From: Octopus vulgaris
Taxonomy: Eukaryota
Assembly: GCA_951406725.2 (NCBI GenBank)
Contig: OX597829.1
Location: 34,596,001 to 34,660,000 of the forward strand
Length of the DNA: 64,000 nucleotides
Direction: 5' to 3'
Shown here piece by piece: positions 50,701-61,686 of this stretch. Below the pieces are notes generated by a model. It did no database searches and was not told the origin of the DNA. It was given only the letters and a program-made list of their open reading frames with translations. Numbering within the stretch: position 1 is the first letter of the stretch; each line of letters starts with the position of its first letter. A program made the position numbers and the translations under genes.

Positions 50701-52360
50701 AAGGATGTAGTCAATTTGGCTGGTATGTTGGCCCGATTGGTAAGTGACTAGGTGGCTGGTAGGTTTCCTGAAGTTAGTGTTGCAAATCATAAGATTATTT
50801 GCATCGCAGAACTCCAGCAGCCTGGATCCCTCCTCGTTGCGGGAGCCATAGCCATAGCCTCCATGTACGCCATGGAAGCCCCCAGCATGTCGTCCAACGT
50901 GACCATTGAAGTCACCAGCCACAAAGATAAGGTCTCTGTCGTTCGTCAATGAGGTAGTCTGCAGTAGAGTGTCATAGAATCGGTCTTTCTGTCCATCGGG
51001 TAGCCCCGACTGAGGAGCATAGGCTGATATAATGGTTGCTAAACTATGATGAAGCACTAATCTAATCTTAAGTATTCTGTCACTTACTCTGATTACCTCA
51101 ATTACTTTATCTACCCATTTCTCAGCGATAAGTATACCCACGCCACCAACCCCGTCAGTGTTCCCTGCCCAGAAAATCTTGTACCTGCGTTCCTTGCCTG
51201 TGAGGAACCTAGCTGATCCTCCTCTCCACCTTATTTCTTGCATGCAACATATATCCACACATCTCCGTTCAAGCATCTCGACTATCTCACCAGACCTACC
51301 TTTCAGAGTGCCAACGTTGAGGGTGCCAACCCTGAGGGTGTGGAAGGCATGGGCTCTAGAGACCCTGGGACGGTGGACAGTAGCTTCGTGTACCTGAAAA
51401 GAAAGCTCGCATTTGGCAGAATTCATGTGCAAAAAATGAAGTAGTAAAGTAGCCTTCAGTACAACCTGCATAACGCTAGCCTTTCATATTTTGCACTGTA
51501 TGAACATTACCTTACATAGGTCGAGACTAGGGGTAGGGACGGGTAGGGATGGTGAGAGCATTTGCAGTCTTCATGGGAAGCAACCCCGGAATGGAAGAGA
51601 ATAGGAACTTCCGGCATGCGTGGTGGGGGTGGGAGGGCGGGTGCACCGTAGCTGAGTAAAGGGGTTCTGTTAATCGTGAGCTAGCAAATGGGTTTGTATG
51701 AATCGGGAGACAATACTAAACGAAAAATTGAAAAATCAGAGTGGCTATGAACCTGGAGACAAGTCTAAACGTAAAAAAAAAAAAAAAAAAAAAAAAATGT
51801 TTGAGCTAGACAGGGTAATGAGGGAATACTGAAAGAATGAGGGACAATACAATGAGATGGAAATTGAAGAATAGAGAAAGAATAAGGATAAGTGCAAGAA
51901 AGAAGGTAGTCGTAGCGAGGTTGGACGATTCACTTAACTTTTAGCCATTCATGATCTGTGCGTATTCTTTAGATATTTTGAAGCGAGTGGGGTTAACGAT
52001 AAATGCGATCGCTCCTTTATGTATGGCGATGATGGTTTTGGGGAGGGGGGGGGCATAGAGGACCATGGCGATGATGGTTATGGGAAGGGGGGACATAGCG
52101 AGAGAGAGATAGGGTTAGTTAGAGAGAGAGGTCAAGGGACACGTGACAATAAGCGGTGTGAGGGAATTTGACTGGGGACGGCATTGTCGATAAATAAACA
52201 TTAGATAAATAGGTTTGAAAATCAGAAAAATCAGAGGGAATATCATTATTGATAGCTAATATAACACCGTAGCTGAGTAAAGAGGTTCTGTTAATCGTGA
52301 GCTAGCAAATGGGTTTGTATGAATCGGGAGACAATACTAAACGAAAAATTGAAAAATCAT
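47708..52360 (-). mobile_element. Near-intact, apparently full-length RTE-clade LINE
   Basis: (CAT)n tail, 3' UTR, RT and APE frames, and about 0.9 kb of 5' UTR. The 5' boundary is approximate. Confidence 0.93.
48305..51471 (-). CDS. RTE ORF: AP endonuclease plus reverse transcriptase, one frameshift near 50175
   Basis: APE motifs GTLNVGTL, MQEIRW, AGDFNGH, QIDYIL and QHRLV (50143..51471). RT motifs NYRGIKLL, QFGF, DMEKAFD, HQGSVLSP and YADD (48305..50170). Adding one base gives a single 1055-aa ORF. Confidence 0.93.
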
Positions 52361-52405
52361 ATAAATAAATGAAAGAAAGAATGGAGTTGAACAACGATTT
52401 AGCAA

Positions 52406-52508
52406 AATTCCTTTATTCTCGACATATGTTTCGAAGACTGCATATTCCTAATTCCGAAAGAATAAAGAGTGCATTATGCCGCCTTCTCATCAGGAAAGAC
52501 AAGGAACT
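52406..52508 (-). ncRNA. Type I hammerhead ribozyme motif with intact catalytic core
   Basis: Minus strand AGTTCCTTGTCTTTC-CTGATGA-GAAGGCGGCATA...TATGCAGTCTTC-GAAA-CATATG-TC-GAGAATAAAGGAATT. All three stems can pair, and the GUC cleavage site falls at 52421/52420. Confidence 0.8.
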
Positions 52509-52709
52509 TATGTCAGCATCATGACGAACAAAAACTTCTAGATGACTGCCCACACGGAGTCCAAAGTGATAAAAACACACAAATTTCCACACGAAAGCAC
52601 GTGATCTCTGCCCTTGACATGTAGCTTCAACTGTGTTTTCTGACGTGAATTTGCTACCCGGGTATCGGTTAACCGAATTATCCATACTAGGATAATTCAT
52701 TCAACTACT

Positions 52710-52760
<51 letters not shown>

Positions 52761-52765
<5 letters not shown>

Positions 52766-52950
52766 ATTGAAACAAAGAAGAACAGACAAGGAAAAACAAT
52801 AACACAAGGATGTGGTACAAGTACTGCTCAGGAAAGTAAGGAAAGAGGATTTAACGTTTCGAGTCAAGCTCTTCTTCTGAAATGGAGGAAAGCCCAAAGG
52901 AAGGGAAGACAGAGGAAGAAAATCACCATTGATACACATGCAGTTACATT
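52761..52950 (-). repeat. Penelope pLTR-like dispersed repeat with degenerate hammerhead core
   Basis: Homologous to 58675-58870 and 63673-63880. Minus strand CAGAAGA-AGAGC-TTG-ACTC-GAAACGTT. Confidence 0.6.
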
Positions 52951-53239
52951 TTGAAATGACCGGAAGGGAATGTGTGAAGAAAAAGTTTTTCCTAAGACAG
53001 GAGAGAGCAAGAGAAGGAGATATGTGTGTGTGCATGCAGGTTTGTGTGTGTGTGTGTAATAAAAGCATTTGTATGTGTTTGTGTGTTACTTTGGCTGTTT
53101 ATATGTGCGTGACAGTGGACTTTGTGTCACTTAATTTCTTAGAAAGAATTTACAGTGGGAATTTTAGGTAGGAGTGGTTGTCTTTTGTGTGTCTCCCTTC
53201 TCATGTGCATAGGAGAATAAGTAGAAAGGTGTTTAACTG

Positions 53240-53956
53240 GTTGTTTGAAGTGTGTGCACGTGTATGCATATGTTGTGTGTGTGTGTGTCTGTGTGTGTGT
53301 ACGTGTATGCATGGGGTTGTGTCTGGAGCGAATGTGTGTTATTCTATGTGTGCATGTATGTATGTGTGTGTATGTCCATGTATCTGTAATTGTGTATGTA
53401 TGAGTGTGAGTTGTGTGTGTGCAGGCGGTATGTGTAGGTTCATTTGCGTATGTATGTGTGCACGCGTGTATTTTATGTGTGCATGTGTGAACAAGGGGTT
53501 GTGTGTGGAGTTTGTTTTTTGCATGTGTATGCATAGGTGCATGTATGTGTGCGTGTATATGTATCTGGGTGTGTGTATGTATGTATGTGGGGTTGTGAGT
53601 GTTATGTGTGCATTTGGGTGCATGTGTGTGTATGTTGAATGTACATGTGTGTATATATGTGTGCTTGTGTGTATGTATATATTGTGTGTATATGTGTGTG
53701 TATGTGAGCTTCTGTATGCGTGTATACATGGGTTGTGTGTGGGGTATATGTGCATTCCTGTGTGTGTGTGTGTGTGTATGCATGTGAGTCCTTATGTATG
53801 TATGTGATTATGTCCATGTGTATGTAATTGTGTGTGGGAAGTATGTATGCATACATGTGCGAGTGTGTGTATGTATGTGTGCGTGTGTATGTACATGTGT
53901 GTATGTGCATGTGTGTGTATATGTATGTGTGTGTGTGTATGTGTGCATGTATGTGT
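53240..53956. repeat. Degenerate (GT/ATGT)n low-complexity tract
   Basis: Alternating purine-pyrimidine sequence that generates spurious Cys/Val/His/Thr ORFs. Confidence 0.9.
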
Positions 53957-54083
53957 ATCATCATCATCGTTTAACGGCCGTTCTCCATGCTAGTATGGGT
54001 TGGACGGTTCGCCCGGGGATCTGGGAAGCCAGAAGGCTGCACCAGGCTCCAGTCTTATCTGGCAATGTTTCTACAGCTGGATG
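53957..54083 (-). mobile_element. RTE 3' tip
   Basis: (CAT)n-CGTTTAACG...CCATGCTAG...CTACAGCTGGATG. Confidence 0.85.
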
Positions 54084-54118
54084 TATATATATATAATGAA
54101 TATGTATATATATACATA

Positions 54119-54954
54119 CTAGCAGAATTGCCCGGCGTTGCTCGGGGCTGAATTGCTTGAAAGTACTGTTAATGATTGCACTGAATTATGATGATTATTC
54201 AGGCAAATATTGATATAAGTTTACGGTGGGAGATAAGAACTTAACAATAAAACGTGTGCCATTGCATTGTTTTGGGGGAACCAAATTTCTGATGAGCATT
54301 AAACTTTAAGTTTGAGAAAGTGTGGTGGTAGTCCGGGGTGCTCAAAGGAATTGAGTACCTCTATTGGATAGTTGATGACGTCCTCTGTGTCAGGAGTTGT
54401 ATCGATAGACTGATATACATAGACTTCCCCAGGAATGAGTTTTAGCATTTCATCATAAATATGGTGAACAGTTTTATTCCTCGGGGCCAGTATAGCCTTT
54501 TTGCCAATCCAATCCATATTCTGATAATTAGCTTGTAGATCTGGGAACACTGCATCTCTGAGATCAGAAGGCGTCTTAACAATGGTACAAATGGAATCGA
54601 TGGCAATATTACCATTTTCATCCCCTGGTATTTTGCCATCGCCAAGTGCAAGGAGGGTGTGAGGAAATGCTGCTGATGTGATATTACGTCGCATATGAGC
54701 ACGCATATTGGTGTGAAGTTTGAGAGTTACTTCCCTTTATTTAAAAAAATATGCATTAAAATGGAAAAAATGATGGTAAATTATTTGTAAAATCATAGAC
54801 TCTTCGTAGACGCGCGCTAATACCCAGAAGGGCTCGATATGAATCACGACTATAAGATACCCTGTTTTGGTTAAACTGCATTGCAAAATGTGGGAGTAGT
54901 TAGGAATCTAAATCGGAGTAGACAGACACACAACCTTTCTTTTATATATAAATA
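54119..54954 (-). mobile_element. Internally deleted Helitron carrying a PIF1-like helicase fragment
   Basis: 3' CTAG and hairpin at 54119-54147. ORF 54299..54706 (LLALGDG, AILAPRN, YQSID, LNSFEHPGLPPHFLKLKV). The 5' 220 bp are homologous to 38004 and 57797. Confidence 0.92.
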
Positions 54955-56684
54955 TTTTCGTCCTAAAAAACTTTGTTTGGATTGAATGGTTACCTCTATG
55001 GAAATATATACACGCACATTATACATACATGTGTGTATAGATGAATATATAAATACATTTAAATATCTATATACACTTTTGGGCGATCTTTCTTTTTCTT
55101 AGAGATAACTTTAGATCTTATTTTCGTCCTAAAAAACTTTGTATGGAGTGAATGGTTACCTCTATGGAAATATATACACACACGTTATACATACATGTGT
55201 GCATAGATGAATATATAAATACATTTAAATATCTATATACACTTTTGGGCGATCTTTCTGCTACTTGTATATACTTTAGATCTTATATTCGTCCTAAAAA
55301 ACTTTGTATGGAGTGAAAGGTTACCGCTATGGAAATATATACACACACATTATACATACATCTGTGTATAGATGAATATATAAATACATTTAAATATCTA
55401 TATACACTTTTGGGCGATCTTTCTGCTACTTGGATATAGGTCTTATATTCGTCGTAAAAAACTTTCCTGTCACACACTCACGCACACGCACACACACACA
55501 CACACACACACGCACGCATCCTCACACACACACACATGCACACGCACACACACTCACACACATACGTTAGCTTACAATTTTATTTATATATTTGCGTGTC
55601 TATGTGTGTAAAGAGGGAGTGGGAATGTAGAGTGAAAAAGTCACTCACTACAGAAAGTGAATTACTTTCACTTTATTCATTGCACACTGTGTGTGTGCGT
55701 TTGCGTGTGCTGTATCCCACACTAAGGGAAGCATTTGACTCATACACCACAATGTGAGTTTTCTCTAAATTTTGCTTAATTGAGGTTGAAATTTTAAAAA
55801 GTGGACCTGGCACGACCCGATGCATTCTACTCTTAAAAATGCTAGGTAAATTGTAATTGAAGAAATCCTATATTGTAGATTTCTATAAGATACAAAGGGA
55901 GGCAGATAAAATCTGCCTTTTATAATAAGAGATGTGTGCATAGATGAATATATAAATACATTTAAATATCTATATACACTTTTGGGCGATCTTTCTGCTA
56001 CTTGTATATACTTTAGATCTTATATTCGTCCTAAAAAACTTTGTATGGAGTGAAAGGTTACCGCTATGGAAATATATACACACACATTATACATACATCT
56101 GTGTATAGATGAATATATAAATACATTTAAATATCTATATACACTTTTGGGCGATCTTTCTGCTACTTGGATATAGGTCTTATATTCGTCGTAAAAAACT
56201 TTCCTGTCACACACTCACGCACACACACACACACGCATCCTCACACACACACACACATGCACACACACACACACATGCATACACACACACACACACACTC
56301 ACACACACGCACACACACACGTTAGCTTACAATTTTATTTATATATTTGCGTGTCTGTGTGTAAAGAGGAAGTGGGAATGTAGAGTGAAAGAGTCACTCA
56401 CTACAGAAAGTGAATTACTTTCACTTTATTCGTTGCACACTGTGTGTGTGCGTTTGCGTGTGCTGTATCCCACACTAAGAGAAGCATTTGACTCATACAC
56501 CACAATGTGAGTTTTCTCTAAATTTTGCTTAATTGGGGTTGAAATTTTAAAAGTGGACCTGGCACGACCCGATGCATTCTACTCTTAAAAATGCTAGGTA
56601 AATTGTAATTGAAGAAATCCTATATTGTAGATTTCTATAAGATACAAAGGGAGGCAGATAAAATCTGCCTTTTATAATAAGAGA
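54955..56684. repeat. About 166-bp tandem subrepeats plus an about 737-bp tandem duplication containing Helitron-like 5' ends (-)
   Basis: TTCGTCCTAAAAAACTTTG recurs at about 54957, 55123 and 55288. Identical ORFs 55283..55477 and 56020..56214 are offset by 737 bp. Both large units end ...TTTTATAATAAGAGA. Confidence 0.88.
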
Positions 56685-57080
56685 TCTCTTATTATAAAAG
56701 GCAGATTTTATCTGCCTCCCTTTGGGAGTTATACAAATCTACAATATAGGATTTCTTCAATTACAATTTACCTAGCATTTTGAGAGTACAATGCATCGCG
56801 TCATGCCAGGTCCAGTTTTTAAAATTTAAACTCCAATTAAGCAAAATTTACAGAAAACTCACATTCTGGTGTGTGTGTCAAATGCTTTTCTTAGTCTGGT
56901 TTACACCACACGCAAACGCACACACACAGTGGGCAACGAATAAAATGAAAGTAAATAGCGACAGAGTGATTTGAGGAAGACTAAAGTGAAAGTATTCTGT
57001 CTATGACGCTGATAGATACATGAGTAAAATGTATGGGGAGCTAAGAGTGAGTGAAAATGTTCTTGGAAGAGAGTAATTAG
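56685..57080 (+). mobile_element. Helitron-like 5' portion, head-to-head with the minus copy
   Basis: Begins TCTCTTATTATAAAAGGCAGATTTTATCTGCC and is the reverse complement of about 56390-56684. No 3' CTAG end was seen. Confidence 0.6.
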
Positions 57081-57327
57081 TAATAAAGTAAACATACACT
57101 CATACATACATACATACATACATACATACATACATACATACATACATACATACATACACACACACATACATACACATACATACATACATACATATACATA
57201 CATACATACACACATACACACACACACAGTATTGAAGCTTGAGAACAATCAGATACATTTGCAACACATCTGTTGAAAATATTATTGTTCACACACATAC
57301 ATATACATATATACATACAGACAGATA

Positions 57328-57361
<34 letters not shown>

Positions 57362-57409
57362 ATCCAGCATGGCCACAACCTCAAGGCTGAAACATATAAA
57401 AGAATAACA

Positions 57410-57780
57410 GAATATAAATGTGTGCAAAGTACAAGAAATATTAATGCAGTATATGGGGATTGGACAATAAGCGTAAGGCAGTGTCAATGGTGGTTCCAGA
57501 AATCCCGAGCCATAAACTACAGCCTAGAAGACGAGCCTCATCCTGAAAGATCTGTAGAACTCGACAAGGACATCCTGAAAACCCTGGTGGAACAAAATAT
57601 CATCGTAACTGTTGAGGAACTAGCAGAGAAGCTTGGATTTGGTCATTCAACCATTCATTGACACCTGTGTGCTATCGGAAAAGTCAGCAAATTGGGTCAA
57701 TGGGTTCCTCACGAACTTTCTGAGTCTAATTGCATGCAGAGAGTGAATGTATGCTTTTCTTTGCTGTCATATCTCACCAC
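57410..57780 (+). mobile_element. Mariner transposase N-terminal fragment
   Basis: RNINAVYG..CQWWFQK..LEDEPH..ELAEKLG..*HL..GKVSKLGQWVPHELS (WVPHEL motif). Confidence 0.85.
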
Positions 57781-57796
57781 TACTGCGCTATGTATA

Positions 57797-58433
57797 TCTA
57801 TATATATAAAACTGTAGTTGTGTGAGTGTCTGTCCCCTTCGATTTAGATTCCTAACTACTCCCACATTTTGCGGTACAGTTTAACCAAATTCGGGTAGCT
57901 TATAGTCGTGATTCATATCGAGCCCGTCTGAATATTAGCGCGCGTCTACGATGAGTCTACGATTTTAAAAATAATTTAACATCATTTTTTATTCCATTTT
58001 AATGCATAATTTTTCGTGTGTCAATGGCGGCGGAGTTGGCGTCCACGCTCACACCTGCACCTGTGGGGAAGGGAGTGTAAGGAAATCAACGTCGTAATGC
58101 GTTGTCAAGGAGACCAGTGTTCTTTTAGAACAACGACTTCATGGCTTGAAGACACCAAAACAGAAATGGCTAAGAAAGCGTCTACATGAGTCTATGATTT
58201 AAAAAAAAATTTACCATCGTTTTTTTTCCGTTTTAATGCATTTTTTCGCTATTATATAAGGGAAGTAACTCTCTAAAAATGTCTACGATGAGTCAACGAT
58301 TTAAAAAAAAATTTACCATCATATTTTTTCCATTTTTAATGCATTTTTTGCTATTTTTTGGCTATAACTCTCTAAAAATGCTTATATAGTTATTTCCCTT
58401 ACAAACCCGAGCAACGCCGGGCGATACTGCTAG
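57797..58433 (+). mobile_element. Non-autonomous Helitron (637 bp)
   Basis: 5' TC, hairpin CCCGAGCAACGCCGGG, 3' CTAG and A|T insertion site. Same ends as 38004-38404 plus an extra internal segment. Confidence 0.92.
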
Positions 58434-58674
58434 TATATATATAAATACAAAATAAGAAAATGGAGGGATAGATTTCTTTCAATCATCAACTTCCAGATAA
58501 TACCAATTCATATAATTTATTAACTAATTATTTAGATTAAATAGGAACATCCAAATCCAACAGAATAAGACAGAATAAAATATATATATATGTATATATA
58601 TATATATGTATATATTTATATGTATTTATATGTATATATATGTATATGTATATATATGTGTGTATATATATATA

Positions 58675-58870
58675 AAGTTAATCCAAACAAGAAAGCACAA
58701 AAAAACACAACGCGAAGACGTGGAACAAATATAGTATTATTGGACGCTCAGGAAAGAAGGAGGGTTTAACGTTTCAAGCAGAGCTATTCATCGGAAACAT
58801 AGGAGAAAGAAAGATCCAGAGAAGGGAAGACAGCAGAAAAAAAATCGCCAACGGTACACATGCGGTCACA
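58675..58870 (-). repeat. Penelope pLTR-like repeat with degenerate hammerhead core
   Basis: Minus strand GTTT-CCGATGA-ATAGC-TCT-GCTT-GAAACGTT-AAAC (58764-58798). Embedded in a TA microsatellite. Confidence 0.6.
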
Positions 58871-59164
58871 TATATATATATATATATGTATATATATATG
58901 TATATATATGTATGTATATATGTATGTATATATGTATGTATATATGTATATATATATGTATGTATATATGTATGTATATATGTATATATATATGTATATA
59001 TATATGTATATATATATGTATATATATATGTATATATATGTATGTATATATGTATGTATATATGTATGTATATATGTATGTATATATGTATGTATATATG
59101 TATGTATATATGTATGTATATATGTATGTATATATGTATATATATATGTATGTATATATGTATA

Positions 59165-59567
59165 TCATCATCATCATCATCATCATCATCATTTAGCGTC
59201 CGTTTTCCATGCTAGCATGGGTTGGACGGTTCAACTGGGGTCTGGGGAGCCCGAAGGCTGCACCAGGCCAGTCAGATCTGGCAGTGTTTCTACAGCTGGA
59301 TGCCCTTCCTAACGCCAACCACTCCGAGAGTGTAGTGGGTGATTTTATGTGCCACCGACACAGGTGCCAGACGAGGCTGGCGAACGGCCACGCTCGGATG
59401 GTGTTTTTATGTGCCACCGACACAGGTGCCAGACGAGGCTGGCAGACGGCCACGCTCGGATGGTGTTTTTATGTGCCACCGACACAGGTGCCAGATGAGG
59501 CTGGCAGGTGCCAGACGAGGCTGGCAGACGGCCACGCTCGGATGGTGTTTTTATGTGCCACCGACAC
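59165..59567 (-). mobile_element. RTE 3' UTR fragment with about 62-bp repeats inside a TA/TATG microsatellite
   Basis: Nearly identical reverse complement of 43620-44000. Confidence 0.92.
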
Positions 59568-60246
59568 ATATATGTATATATATATGTATATATATATGTA
59601 TATATATATGTATATATATATGTATATATGTATGTATATATGTATATATATATGTATATATATATGTATGTATATATGTATATATATATGTATGTATATA
59701 TGTATATATATATGTATATATATATGTATGTATATATGTATATATATATGTATGTATATATGTATATATATATGTATGTATATATGTATATATATATGTA
59801 TGTATATATGTATATATATATGTATGTATATATGTATATATATATGTATGTATATATGTATATATATATGTATGTATATATGTATATATATATGTATGTA
59901 TATATGTATGTATATATGTATATATATATGTATGTATATATGTATATATATATGTATGTATATATGTATATATGTATGTATATATATACATGTGTATATA
60001 TATACATGTGTATATATGTATGTATATATGTATATATGTATGTATATATATACATGTGTATATATATATACATGTGTATATATATATGTATATATATACA
60101 TGTGTATATATACATGTGTATATATACATGTGTATATATACATGTATATATACATGTATATATATACATGTGTATATATATACATGTGTATATATATACA
60201 TGTGTATATATATATGTGTGTATATATATATGTGTGTGTATATATG

Positions 60247-60300
<54 letters not shown>

Positions 60301-60365
60301 CAGATGAATATGTATATATATATAAATATGTATGTGTGTATATATCTATAGATGTGTGTGTGTAA
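59568..60365. repeat. Compound (TA)/(TATG)/(GA) microsatellite; similar tracts at 10300-10910, 42860-43080, 47375-47708 and 58870-59165
   Basis: Direct inspection. Confidence 0.97.
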
Positions 60366-60606
60366 TAACAAAGGGTAAAATTAATTAAGAAGTAATCAAT
60401 AATTTCACCAAGTAGAATTCGGCATGAAAAAGGACCATTTCACGGTAAACTTAAGTAATACTTAATAATTAGGGTTCAGCAAAGATTTGCTTTATCACAT
60501 ACCAAAGTTTAGAAATAGCAGCCAAAAAACCTTAGCTATTTCTTCTACTCTAAAAAGGGACACCCAGAAAAACTAAAATACTGTGTGTGTATATATAAAT
60601 ATATAA

Positions 60607-61461
60607 CACGCAAATAGTGAGCGGTGTTCCGCGAGGCACTGTTTTGGGACCACTACTGTTCATAATGGCCCTCTCAGACATGCCCTCAGCCACGCAGAGA
60701 ACCACGATCACAAGTTATGCAGATGATACAAAAGTTTCACAGGCAATACAGAACCCTGAAGACACTAAGCACCTGCAATGTGAGCTGGACAAAATATACA
60801 ATTGGACTGAAAAGAATAGCATGCAGTTCAATGCTGAAAAGTTTCAAGCTTTATGCTATCAGCATGCAATACCCAATAAATACACTGGACCTGGAGGGAT
60901 TGCAATCCCAGAGGCACAATCAGTACGAGACTTGGGTATTTACATGAGTGATGATGCAACCTTTCATGTGCATGTTGCTAAATTGGCAATGAAATGTAGG
61001 CAGCTGACCGGATGGATTCTTAGAACCTTTAGAATAAGAGACCAGGAAACCATGATGGTCCTCTGGAGGACACTTGTCCTAAGCCACTTTGACTATTGCT
61101 CTCAGCTATGGTCACCATCCAGTGTCAAGTTAATCACAGAACTTGAGGCGATCCAACGAAGCTACACAAAGAAGATAGCCTCTGTGCAGCATATAAGCTA
61201 CTGGGAAAGACTCAAGAGATTAAGACTCTATTCCTTAGAGCGTAGGCAAGAAAGATATGCCATAATATACATCTGGAAGATCCTAGAAGGACTTGTCCCA
61301 AACTTTGGCATCGAGAGTTACACAAATGCTAGAACTGGGCGCCACTGCAAGGTGCCAAGGACTCCAAATTTGCCATCAAGATGTAGGACAAGATACTGTG
61401 ATAACCTGGGCTTCAGAGGCCCACAGCTCTTCAATATCCTCCCAAAGAACCTGAGAGACCT
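60607..61461 (+). mobile_element. CR1/L2-type LINE RT C-terminal fragment, uninterrupted frame
   Basis: SGVPRGTVLGPLLF, YADDTK, MQFNAEK, DYCSQLWSP and LYSLERRQERY (ORF 60617..61501). Confidence 0.92.
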
Positions 61462-61540
61462 GGTTCACCAGACCTCAGTGAAATCATCCAACCCATGCTA
61501 GCATGGAAAGCGGACGTTAAATGATGATGATGATGATGAT
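61459..61540 (+). mobile_element. RTE 3' tip with (GAT)n tail fused to the CR1 fragment
   Basis: CTGGTTCACCAGACCTCAG...CCATGCTAGCATGGAAAGCGGACGTTAAATGATGATG matches the 3' end of the 44080 RTE. Confidence 0.85.
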
Positions 61541-61650
61541 ACACACACACACACGTACATACATGTATATACATCTATAAACACACACACACACACATAT
61601 ATATATATGCATCATTTCATAATCATCATTTAAAGTTTGCCTTCCATGCT

Positions 61651-61686
<36 letters not shown>

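Noticed and set aside
51390-51410. Splice acceptor-like CTTTCTTTTCAG on the minus strand near the RTE ORF start
   Set aside because: An in-frame ATG exists upstream at 51471 and no donor can be supported; such motifs are common by chance.
48912-51444. Plus-strand ORFs over the RTE as TANGO1 exons or antisense genes
   Set aside because: They are antisense shadows of the RTE coding frame and recur in each RTE copy.
58860-60371. Cluster of long Tyr/Ile/Cys/Met ORFs (also 47166-47867 and 53139-54096)
   Set aside because: Microsatellite artefacts.
60495-60552. Hammerhead-like minus-strand motif (GAAGA-AATAGC...GCTATTT-CTAAAC); also CTGATGAAG at about 41222-41231
   Set aside because: Core nucleotides are missing; at best very decayed Penelope remnants.
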